Of a stretch of DNA of 24,000 bases, positions 1 to 8,241 are shown one piece after another. Made by a program: the position numbers and the translations under genes. How positions within the stretch are numbered: position 1 is the first letter of the stretch; the number at the start of each line of letters is the position of its first letter. This stretch comes from Pseudomonadota bacterium (GTDB lineage: Bacteria; Pseudomonadota; Gammaproteobacteria; Burkholderiales; Sulfuriferulaceae): assembly GCA_021801025.1 (NCBI GenBank), contig JAJYYK010000015.1, positions 26,606 through 50,605 on the forward strand. The letters run 5' to 3'. A model generated the notes under the pieces. The model made no database searches. It was not told where the DNA came from and worked only from the letters and a program-made list of their open reading frames with translations.

Positions 1-530
1 TCGTATTCCGAATTCAAGCTGGCCATTACCTGGGTAATGCGTGGATCGATGGCGCGCGCATACCGCTCCAGTTTTTCCAGCAAAGCGACTTTTTCTGCAT
101 CTTGTAAAGAAGTTAAAGGGTCTATCGGTTGATAAAGTGCGTGACCTGATTTGTTTGACACCGCATGATGTCGCTGGTGCGCACCAATTCTGGCAATGGC
201 ACGAGTGGCTTCACTGGCGGCCAGCAAGGCGCCGTGGCTGATATCGTCTGAATAGGCAAAAGCAGTTTTTTCACCTGACACGGCACGCACACCGACACCT
301 TGATCTATATTGAAACTGGCTGTTTTGACTTGACCTTCTTCCAAACTCCACCCCTCAGAACGGGTGTATTGGAAATACAGATCGGCGTAATCAAGCTGAT
401 GCCGCATTAAATGGTTAAATACCTCATCCAGATGGTGGGATTCCAACTGATTAGGGGCAAATAAAGTGATGCGTGCAGTTTCCAGTAAAGCTTCCGGACT
501 GGGTGTGTAAATTCCGCTAAGTGTTTTCAT
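1..530 (-). CDS. tldD: Metalloprotease TldD, N-terminal part (continues beyond the window start)
   Basis: My own reverse translation from the ATG (CAT at 528-530) gives MKTLSGIYTPSPEALLETARITLFAPNQLESHHLDEVFNHLMRHQLDYADLYFQYTRSEGWSLEEGQVKTASFNIDQGVGVRAVSGEKTAFAYSDDIS..., a typical TldD N-terminus. The frame stays open to position 1. It is missing from the ORF track because the window truncates it. It lies downstream of yhdP, as in E. coli. Confidence 0.85.
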   Translation of the reverse strand, partial: MKTLSGIYTPSPEALLETARITLFAPNQLESHHLDEVFNHLMRHQLDYADLYFQYTRSEGWSLEEGQVKTASFNIDQGVGVRAVSGEKTAFAYSDDISHGALLAASEATRAIARIGAHQRHHAVSNKSGHALYQPIDPLTSLQDAEKVALLEKLERYARAIDPRITQVMASLNSEY

Positions 531-566
531 TAAATTGATCTTTCTTTTGTGCGTTGCCGATCCGGT

Positions 567-1445
567 TTAACCTGGATTCTTAACTTTCAAATGGCTGCAA
601 TCCAGCGTGCGGTGGGACAGCGCTGGCAGACTGTTACGCAGGTGTTGTTGGTAGTCGGTGTTAATGCTGGCCATGACAATACCCGAGCCGCGCGGCAAGC
701 GATCCAGCACGACCCCCCAAGGGTCAACAATCATGGTATCTCCGTGGGTTTCGCGTCCTGATAAATGATAACCACCTTGCGCCGGTGCCATCACATAGGC
801 CAGATTTTCGATGGCGCGGGCACGTACCAGCGTTTCAAAATGGGCTTTACCGGTGGTGGCGGTAAATGCAGAGGGAATGACAATCAAATCCACGTTGGAC
901 ATGGCGCGGTAAAGTTCAGGGAAACGCAGATCATAACAAACGGACAAACCGATGCGGCCAAAAGGCGAATCAAAAGTAATCACTTGATTGCCGGGTTCAA
1001 TGGTGTTTTCTTCCTGATATTGTTCAGTACCCAGATTTAAACCGAACAGATGAATTTTGTCATATCTGGCCACACGCTGGCCCAGATGATTATACACCAG
1101 ACAGCTGTTACGTACTTTGTTGGGTACGCTGGCGGTAAGTGGAACTGATCCCCCTATTAGCCATACATTGTGTTTTTTGGCCGTGTTGGCCAGAAAGCTT
1201 TGAATCGGACCATCACCTTCTTTTTCCCGAATCGACAGCTTGTCAGTGTCCTTTACGCCCATGAAGGCAAAAAATTCCGGCAAGGCAATCAATTTCGCAC
1301 CTTGCTTGGCTGCCATGGCGATTAGTCGGGCCGTTTCCGCCAGGTTGGCGCTGACGTTGGGGCCGGAGGCCATCTGTATTGCTGCCACGCGGGAAACTTG
1401 ACGAGGAGCATCGGAAGCAGTTGTAGAGGGGGTTTTTTTAGTCAT
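567..1445 (-). CDS. Carbon-nitrogen hydrolase family protein (nitrilase superfamily amidase)
   Basis: This is the 567..1580 ORF trimmed to the internal ATG at 1443-1445 (MTKKTPSTTASDAPRQVSRVAAIQMASGPN...). The Glu-Lys-Cys catalytic-triad contexts are visible: LIALPEFF, RYDKIHLF, LSVCYDLRFPE. The 45 residues upstream do not look protein-like and overlap a better ORF in another frame. Confidence 0.85.
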   Translation of the reverse strand: MTKKTPSTTASDAPRQVSRVAAIQMASGPNVSANLAETARLIAMAAKQGAKLIALPEFFAFMGVKDTDKLSIREKEGDGPIQSFLANTAKKHNVWLIGGSVPLTASVPNKVRNSCLVYNHLGQRVARYDKIHLFGLNLGTEQYQEENTIEPGNQVITFDSPFGRIGLSVCYDLRFPELYRAMSNVDLIVIPSAFTATTGKAHFETLVRARAIENLAYVMAPAQGGYHLSGRETHGDTMIVDPWGVVLDRLPRGSGIVMASINTDYQQHLRNSLPALSHRTLDCSHLKVKNPG

Positions 1446-1788
1446 GTTGTGATATAGGTAGGGTATCAAGTTGAATGGTGGAAATGCCTGGTTGTTTCTG
1501 CAAGTGGATGCGCGTGGCGGGTAAAGCCAAAGCGATAAGCCATTGACGGAGTTCATTGGCATCCACAGCAGATTCGTCATTGTCCGGGTAGGCTATGCGC
1601 AGGTCACTCTGTGGAGTGTTCAGGAAAATATGGACGCAGGGGGCGATGTCCGGGTTGGTCAATACCAGGTTGCCAGAGCGTGGTTCCAGCCAAAAATCGT
1701 TATTTATCACACATGAGCCAGCATAAGCTGGCGCGATGAACACCAGTAGAAACAAGCCAAACCATGGTTTTAAAAAAATGTTTTTCAT
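1438..1788 (-). CDS. Small exported hypothetical protein (about 116 aa, signal peptide)
   Basis: This is the 1438..1821 ORF trimmed to the ATG at 1786-1788; the track start at 1821 is a TTG. The N-terminus MKNIFLKPWFGLFLLVFIAPAYA|GS is a well-formed Sec signal peptide. The mature part has two Cys. Its stop overlaps the C-N hydrolase start by 8 nt, suggesting translational coupling. No obvious SD and no family recognised. Confidence 0.55.
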   Translation of the reverse strand: MKNIFLKPWFGLFLLVFIAPAYAGSCVINNDFWLEPRSGNLVLTNPDIAPCVHIFLNTPQSDLRIAYPDNDESAVDANELRQWLIALALPATRIHLQKQPGISTIQLDTLPISQHD

Positions 1789-1823
1789 GAGTGCGTTAAA
1801 AATAATGTTTGCGATGTACAACC

Positions 1824-2008
1824 ATTTAACCCAAATAATCTATTAGGTGGCTCTGGGGGGCTACGCGAGTGCTGGGGGTCACAAGCACAACCATTTTCCC
1901 GACTTGTTCGGCACCAACCGTTCACTATGGGCTTCTCCCCACCCAAAAAATTGTCTTGCAACTTGCCTCGCCTTTATCTCGCGTCTTAATGGATTCTTTG
2001 GGTTAAAT
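1824..2008. repeat. 185-bp element bounded by 24-nt imperfect inverted repeats, with a G/C-run-rich core that folds into nested helices (candidate structured RNA or MITE)
   Basis: The left arm ATTTAACCCAAATAATCTATTAGG (1824-1847) matches the reverse complement of CTTAATGGATTCTTTGGGTTAAAT (1985-2008) at 21 of 24 positions. Nested inner complements: CGCGAG 1864-1869 / CTCGCG 1978-1983; TGGGG 1873-1877 / CCCCA 1937-1941; CCAT 1891-1894 / ATGG 1927-1930; apical hairpin CCGA-cttgt-TCGG 1899-1911. Confidence 0.5.
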
Positions 2009-2024
2009 TGAAAGAAAAATTTTT

Positions 2025-5000
2025 CTAGCGCCCCGACCTCACCACCAGAGGTTTGTTCCATGGCCCGGTAATCGTATAATCAAAACTTGCGGCATGTCCT
2101 AAAGGGTTGCCAAGCAATGTTTGTAAAGCGAGTACACTTACTCCGACCACCGGTCCTCCAAGCAATGAGCTCGCCAGTGCCACACTTTCACTCAATTTGG
2201 GGCTCACAACAGCGTGTAACTCCTGGGTTTGTGCGCCAATGTCTATGTTACCTTGAATTTGCACGCTGGCCGCAGGTCCATCCATCACAAAATCCTTGCT
2301 GTATATTATGCCGTGATTTAACTGAAACGTCGCAGAAATGTCACTAAATGCGAAACCATTATTAAATACATCGCGAAAATCCAGAGAAAGATGGTGCAGC
2401 AAGTCTTGAAGGCTCAAAATACCCAGCAGTTTTGCTGCACCCGGATCCGCTTTAAGGAATTGCCCCTTTTCGGCTTGCAGGGTGAATTGCCCTTTCAGGC
2501 TGGAAATTGGAATGTCGATGGGGTTGCCATTCCAGCTTGCGTCACCATCAATCACCGCCTGTCCCCGTTTGATGGTATCAGGCTGACCAAAACGGGTGAA
2601 GAAATCGCCAATATTATGAAGGGTGAGATGAACATGCGCTTGAGTTTGTGGTAAAGCGTCCGGGCGCCAGGACGCAGCCAAATTCAAAGTGCTGTCTGGG
2701 TGCGTGAGTGTGATGTGATCAAAGTTCAGGCCATTTGTAATGGGAACAGCGTGGATGTCGAGTTGGCCCAAATTGCGGTTGTCGAGTTGTAACGCATCAA
2801 CAAGAAATGTCAGGGCAGGCCAACCGCTCTCTGTGTGCGCGGAAGAGGGCGGTACATTGGTTGCAGGGGGAAGGGTAACCTGCGCATTTCCGGTTGGGAT
2901 GTTCAGTACTTTGAAGTGTGCTGACAAGCGGCCTTGAGGGTTTGCAATGTCTGGCGGGATCCATGACAAATTACCCTGCATTGCACTGCCTTGCGCTGTG
3001 GCATTCCAATGCCCGTTGGTGTTCTGGGCATGGAGATTGACACCGTTAAAATCGCGATCAAACAGATGCAGGTGGGCGATTGACAGATTAAGGTTTTGAA
3101 CAGGAAATTTAAGTTGGTCGCCTGTTCCACCCAAACTGCTCAGTGCACCCAACCAGCTGTCAAGTTGAGCGGTATTCAATTGCCCGGTGACCGAAATGCC
3201 TGGTGAAGCTGGAAGATGGGCCGTGCCACCGAACTGGATGTTTCCGCGCTCAATCGTGTTGCCTGAATTGATCGTGGGATGGGTAATGAGTTGCGCACTG
3301 ACAATTTGCCCGTACCGGACAGAAATGAAACCGTTTCCATTGGCTTGTGCATGGGTGCTGAAGGATAAAGGGATAGCACTTGTTGCCGGTTTACCTAACG
3401 GTGCCGGTAAATTTATCGCCAATCCCGCGAGATCACTGTTAACCACCATGTCTGCAAGACGTGTGTGTGCCAAAACGATTTGGCTCTTCCATGCGGTTTG
3501 GCCAGAAAATTTCCCCGCCAAATCCGGACTCAGCCAGGAAGACAGTTCCGTTGCGGCGAGCTGCCCGCGTAGCGTGATTTGAGTGGTGCCATTCGGCAGG
3601 CTGGCGCTGGAAAGCAGCGCGGGACGATGGAACAGTTGCAGTGCAATGTTCTTGCCACTGATGCCAGTTTGGGTGAAAGCCAGCGTTCCGCGGATTGCAT
3701 CAAGTTCAGGCCATTTGTTGGCAAGAATGAGGGCATCCTGGTTGAAAGTGAGTGTGCCGGAAATAAGCGGATGAAAGATGTCGCGAAACGGCAATTGAAC
3801 GTGCAAACCCAAGTTCGCTGTACCTCGACTGGTGGCGCCTGCTGTTAAGTTATCAAGTGCTTTGCCAACCGGGCTGTTGTTGGTAAAACGGATAAAGTCG
3901 GACAGATTGCCCCCGGCTTCCCCGTCGATCAGTAATATCTCTTTGTCCTGCCCATACAGGTCAGGAATTTCGACGTTGATGTGTCGCAAGACAGTGCTAT
4001 ACATGCGAGCACTGTCGCCTTGAAAGGTCATGCGTGTGCCTGAAAAATGCAGTAAACCATTGATGTGATCGATCGCTGGAAACTCGGGGTCAGGGCGCAT
4101 GATGCCATCCTTGACGTGAACACGCACATCTAATACCCCGTTTTTACCGTTAAGGAAGGGGTAATGTGCCAAATCTCCCTGAATATGGAATTGCGTGCGG
4201 TCAGACATGCCGCCTAGCACGTTTTGGCATACCCAGTCATACACCTCCTGATGTACGGCAAGAGGTAGGTAGTGACAAGCTGCAGTGCCGCGCCCGTTTA
4301 ATAAACCGCCGCTCAGATCGATAACGCCCGGATGTCCCGTTTGCCACAGATAATCACCAAACAGCTGCCCATTGAGGTCTGAATTGATCAAATTGACTTG
4401 AGATAATTTGAACCGGTAGGCAGCACCTTCTTTTTTCCAGCCTAATTGCGCTGTCAGGCTGTCCAGTGCGACATGCGGCTCAAACAGGATGGCGGGCAAA
4501 TCGACGGTAACGTGCTGGCTGGATAAAGACAGGGTGCCCGCATGCTCATTGCCATCAATCTGACCGGTCAGGCCGGAGAACCCTGGCTGATTGTCCACAC
4601 TGTTTAAACCCAATTTGAAGAATTTTCCGGAAAGCTTGAAGGTCTTGAAGTGCAGGGGGGCTCCTGTCCAATTGGCATTGAATTGTTGTAGCAATCCTGT
4701 GGGTTGATAGCGGTTCAACCATTGCTGCTGCGTTGAGAGTAAAGGCAGGTAGGCCGCCAGGCGGTTCATTGTGTTGAGTGACAGGTTGTTGACGCGCAGT
4801 GATCCTTGCCCGGCCGTATGGGTGTTGGCCGGGGTGAAACGCAGATAAAAATCAAATGGTGCCAAATAAATCAGATCGCCGTTTCGCAAACTGACTTGTT
4901 TTAATTCCAGCGATTGTGCAGCACCCAGCTGTTTCCATTGCACCCATCCTGATAATGCAAGCAGATTAAGACGCGGTAAATTGGCCGCAAACTGCATGGA

Positions 5001-5843
5001 GGACTGTTGTAACAGGATGCGTGCTGTCAGTGCGATAACTTGTTTGCGGGCAAATTGTATTTGCACATCAAAGTCGCCGAAACCTTGATGCATCCCCAGA
5101 GGCAATGTTAACCAGGGTTGCCATTGCGCGAGATTGGTGCCTGCCATTTGGACGGTAATTCGCCCGTCCCAGTCCGCAAGTTGTTGGGTGGAGCGTCCAT
5201 TCAGTGTGCCTGTGATGGACAAGGGGTGTGCAATGAGGGTGGGTGGTGTGGCAGACAAATGAAATTGATGTTGTTTACCCCGGTTGTAGAGATCAAAATT
5301 TACTTCGCGTAAATTCAGCAATGGGCTGGCCCGCTGGTCATCTTGCCAGGATAAAGTGGCTTGACGGAGTTCGATGTGTTGTTGACGAAGTAGCCAGTCG
5401 GCAAAACCAGGCTGTTGTGTGTTGTGATTAAGCGGAATGCCCGCTAACCAGAGGGTGCCGTCTTGTGTGCGGTGCAGGGAAAAGGTTTGATGATCCAGTC
5501 TCAAGTCGGCCAGGCGCAACTCGCCCAACCACAGGCTGGACCAGGATAACTCAGCGTGCACATCGTTCAGTTCGAGTAGTGCCTGATGTTGGGGCGAAAA
5601 TACCGTCAGAGACTGGATGCGCAAGGCTGGGTGCCAACCTTGCCAGCTTGCAGTGAGTTGTCCGAGCTGCACGGGTTGTCCGGCTGATGTACTGATGGAT
5701 TGTGCAATCTGAACGCGCCAATGATCAAGATTGGGCAGAATCCAGAACTGCAAGCTGAGTACCAGTGCAGCCAATGCCAGCACCAATAATGCAACCGCCG
5801 ACAGTGCGATGCGCAAGACAAGACGTGAGTAAGTGGTTCGCAT
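2025..5843 (-). CDS. yhdP: YhdP family protein (AsmA-like, inner-membrane-anchored giant envelope protein)
   Basis: 1272 aa with an ATG start. It has a single N-terminal TM helix (LRIALSAVALLVLALAALVLSLQFWILP), then a long beta-rich Gln/Asn/Gly/Thr-rich body, ending ...FDYTITGPWNKPLVVRSGR as in YhdP/TIGR02099-type proteins. It sits upstream of tldD. Confidence 0.85.
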   Translation of the reverse strand: MRTTYSRLVLRIALSAVALLVLALAALVLSLQFWILPNLDHWRVQIAQSISTSAGQPVQLGQLTASWQGWHPALRIQSLTVFSPQHQALLELNDVHAELSWSSLWLGELRLADLRLDHQTFSLHRTQDGTLWLAGIPLNHNTQQPGFADWLLRQQHIELRQATLSWQDDQRASPLLNLREVNFDLYNRGKQHQFHLSATPPTLIAHPLSITGTLNGRSTQQLADWDGRITVQMAGTNLAQWQPWLTLPLGMHQGFGDFDVQIQFARKQVIALTARILLQQSSMQFAANLPRLNLLALSGWVQWKQLGAAQSLELKQVSLRNGDLIYLAPFDFYLRFTPANTHTAGQGSLRVNNLSLNTMNRLAAYLPLLSTQQQWLNRYQPTGLLQQFNANWTGAPLHFKTFKLSGKFFKLGLNSVDNQPGFSGLTGQIDGNEHAGTLSLSSQHVTVDLPAILFEPHVALDSLTAQLGWKKEGAAYRFKLSQVNLINSDLNGQLFGDYLWQTGHPGVIDLSGGLLNGRGTAACHYLPLAVHQEVYDWVCQNVLGGMSDRTQFHIQGDLAHYPFLNGKNGVLDVRVHVKDGIMRPDPEFPAIDHINGLLHFSGTRMTFQGDSARMYSTVLRHINVEIPDLYGQDKEILLIDGEAGGNLSDFIRFTNNSPVGKALDNLTAGATSRGTANLGLHVQLPFRDIFHPLISGTLTFNQDALILANKWPELDAIRGTLAFTQTGISGKNIALQLFHRPALLSSASLPNGTTQITLRGQLAATELSSWLSPDLAGKFSGQTAWKSQIVLAHTRLADMVVNSDLAGLAINLPAPLGKPATSAIPLSFSTHAQANGNGFISVRYGQIVSAQLITHPTINSGNTIERGNIQFGGTAHLPASPGISVTGQLNTAQLDSWLGALSSLGGTGDQLKFPVQNLNLSIAHLHLFDRDFNGVNLHAQNTNGHWNATAQGSAMQGNLSWIPPDIANPQGRLSAHFKVLNIPTGNAQVTLPPATNVPPSSAHTESGWPALTFLVDALQLDNRNLGQLDIHAVPITNGLNFDHITLTHPDSTLNLAASWRPDALPQTQAHVHLTLHNIGDFFTRFGQPDTIKRGQAVIDGDASWNGNPIDIPISSLKGQFTLQAEKGQFLKADPGAAKLLGILSLQDLLHHLSLDFRDVFNNGFAFSDISATFQLNHGIIYSKDFVMDGPAASVQIQGNIDIGAQTQELHAVVSPKLSESVALASSLLGGPVVGVSVLALQTLLGNPLGHAASFDYTITGPWNKPLVVRSGR

Positions 5844-6182
5844 TGTTGGGGCTCGTTAATAATAAATAATCAGGACTTGCGTGGTTGTGTATTCGGGATG
5901 GGTACATCCTGGCGTTAAGTTCCGCTTGCTGTGAGTGACATCGCTGCATGTCTCGCGCCCTGGATTGCATCCCGAAACGATCCCGTGCAAGTCCAGGCTG
6001 TTCATTTATGAGCCCTTGTTGTGGCATGTGTCATTCAATGTGCGGCGTATTTACTGATTGGGCAAGTAAAAGCATATTCAACCCAAACAATTCATCGGAC
6101 CGCTCTCCGGGTCTGTGTGAACACTTCTGGTTAAATATAATTTAATTTCATGGTGATATATTATTCTGCGTGCGGTCAATGG

Positions 6183-8162
6183 TCATTTTCCGGTTAAGTA
6201 ATTTTCTTGAAGCTGGGCCAAAATAGCCGGGTTTTCCAAAGTGGATATGTCCTGATTGATGACGCCGCCCACAGCAAGGGTACGCAGCAATCGACGGATA
6301 ATTTTCCCGGAGCGGGTTTTGGGCAGGCTATCACCAAAACGAATTTCATCGGGTTTGGCGATGGCACCGATTTGTTGACCCACCCAGTCACGCAATTCCG
6401 CAATAAGTATTTTTGCGGATTCACTTTCAGGACGATCGCCTTTGAGTACAACAAAAGCTACGATGGCCTCGCCTTTGATGGCGTGGGGTTTTCCAACCAC
6501 GGCTGCTTCGGCAATTTTGGGGTGTGCGGCCAATGCGGATTCGATTTCCATGGTGCCCAGACGGTGACCCGATACATTTAATACATCATCAATGCGACCC
6601 ATAATCCAAAAATAGCCGTCTTCGTCACAACGAGCCGAATCACCTGCCAAATAGGTATTTCCGCCTAATTCGGCCGGGAAATAAGTTGATTTATAGCGTT
6701 CCGGGTCATTCCATAACGTGCGTGCCAAAGAAGGAAATGGTCGTTGGACGACCAGATGGCCTCCTTCACCCACAGACAAGGCAACGCCCTGTTCGTTCAC
6801 AATTTCAGCAAAAATACCTGGAAGTGGCAGGCTGCACGAGCCGGGTTTGGCCGGTACTGCGCCCGGTAGTGGAGCAATCATGTGGCAACCGGTCTCCGTT
6901 TGCCACCAGGTGTCCACGATGGGGCAACGGGATTGTCCTACTTCGCGATGAAACCACATCCATGCTTCGGGATTAATAGGTTCGCCTACTGTGCCCAACA
7001 AGCGCAGGCTGGACAAGTCATGGCGCGCAGGCAGATGTCCACCCAGTTTAATCAATGCTCGTATGGCCGTCGGTGCGGTATAAAAGGTGGTAACACGGTG
7101 GCTTTCTATCATGCGCCAAAACCGGCCCGCATCAGGCCAGGTAGGCACGCCTTCAAAAATGACTTGAGTCATGCCCAATGCCAAAGGACCGTAAGCGACA
7201 TAGCTGTGACCGGTTATCCAGCCGACATCGGCCGTGCACCAAAAAACGTCGGAATCGGGTTTGGCATCAAAGACCCAATGCATGGACAAGATTGCACCCA
7301 GCAAATAACCCGCCGTACTGTGCTGCACGCCTTTAGGTGTGCCGGTCGAACCCGATGTGTAAAGGATGAACAAGGGATCTTCCGCATTCATCCATTCTGG
7401 CGCACATTCTGAAGACATTTGCGCAGTGCATTCGTGCCACCATAAATCGCGATCAGCTTGCCAGGAGGTGTCAACCCCGGTGCGGCGGTAAACAATCACT
7501 TTTTGCACACATTCGGCACCGCCCATCAGCAAGGCTTCATCGACGACTGTTTTTAACGGAATGGTTTTTCCGCCGCGCAAACCGGCATCTGCCGTCATCA
7601 CTAAACTGGCTTGGGCATCGACGATTCGTTCATTGAGTGATTTGGCGGAAAATCCACCGAACACCACAGAGTGTATTGCGCCGATGCGCGCGCAGGCCTG
7701 CATGGCCACCACCGCTTCAATGCTCATGGGCATGTAAATCACTACCCGGTCGCCCTTGCGTATTCCCTGTGCTTTGAGCGCATTAGCCAGCACCCCGACA
7801 CGCTGGTAAAGTTCCCGATAGCTGACATGCGTCACGGCACCATCATCCGCTTCAAAAATCAGGGCGATTCGGTCAGCGTGAAGGGGCAGGTGACGGTCAA
7901 TGCAGTTGTAGGACACATTGAGTGTGCCATCATCGAACCAGCGAAAAAAAGGCGCTTGAGATTCATCCAGAACGCGTGTAAATGCTTGATGCCAGGTAAT
8001 ATGCTCTCGTGCCAATCGAGCCCAAAAACCACAGTAATCCAGTTCCGCTTCATTCCACAGCGCATGCCGCTCAGCCAGACCGGAAACATGGGCCTGGTCC
8101 TGAAAAGCAGCGGTGGGATGAAAAAGACGGTCTTCTTGCATTGCAGATTCTATGTGGGACAT
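6183..8162 (-). CDS. acs: Acetyl-CoA synthetase (acetate--CoA ligase)
   Basis: 659 aa. AMP-binding signature [12 protein letters not shown]. The N-terminus (...[17 protein letters not shown]...[21 protein letters not shown]) and the C-terminus (...[15 protein letters not shown]) are typical of Acs. Confidence 0.95.
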   Translation of the reverse strand: MSHIESAMQEDRLFHPTAAFQDQAHVSGLAERHALWNEAELDYCGFWARLAREHITWHQAFTRVLDESQAPFFRWFDDGTLNVSYNCIDRHLPLHADRIALIFEADDGAVTHVSYRELYQRVGVLANALKAQGIRKGDRVVIYMPMSIEAVVAMQACARIGAIHSVVFGGFSAKSLNERIVDAQASLVMTADAGLRGGKTIPLKTVVDEALLMGGAECVQKVIVYRRTGVDTSWQADRDLWWHECTAQMSSECAPEWMNAEDPLFILYTSGSTGTPKGVQHSTAGYLLGAILSMHWVFDAKPDSDVFWCTADVGWITGHSYVAYGPLALGMTQVIFEGVPTWPDAGRFWRMIESHRVTTFYTAPTAIRALIKLGGHLPARHDLSSLRLLGTVGEPINPEAWMWFHREVGQSRCPIVDTWWQTETGCHMIAPLPGAVPAKPGSCSLPLPGIFAEIVNEQGVALSVGEGGHLVVQRPFPSLARTLWNDPERYKSTYFPAELGGNTYLAGDSARCDEDGYFWIMGRIDDVLNVSGHRLGTMEIESALAAHPKIAEAAVVGKPHAIKGEAIVAFVVLKGDRPESESAKILIAELRDWVGQQIGAIAKPDEIRFGDSLPKTRSGKIIRRLLRTLAVGGVINQDISTLENPAILAQLQENYLTGK

Positions 8163-8241
8163 GAATGGCTCCGGGATGGCTTTGTGCTATTTTAACCCGG
8201 ATCAAGTGAGATTTGATGCAAATTTGTACAGGAAGGGTTTG

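Noticed and set aside
1446-1580. N-terminal 45-aa extension of the C-N hydrolase ORF (track ORF 567..1580)
   Set aside because: The extension (MTNLLWMPMNSVNGLSLWLYPPRASTCRNN...) does not look protein-like and overlaps the more plausible exported-protein ORF. Homology-type sequence begins at the internal MTKKT...AAIQMAS.
1824-2008. Calling the element 6S RNA outright. The minus-strand reading contains CGGUUGGUG and GAGAAGCC, both also present in E. coli 6S RNA.
   Set aside because: The two strings occur in the opposite order relative to E. coli 6S. The usual zapA-ssrS-ygfA synteny is absent. The arm mismatches favour the other strand. I kept it only as a hypothesis to test under the structured-element finding.
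1879-2061. 60-aa minus-strand ORF spanning the inverted-repeat element and the 3' end of yhdP
   Set aside because: It overlaps the yhdP stop region, has no RBS, and runs through the structured element. It is most likely a by-product of that sequence.
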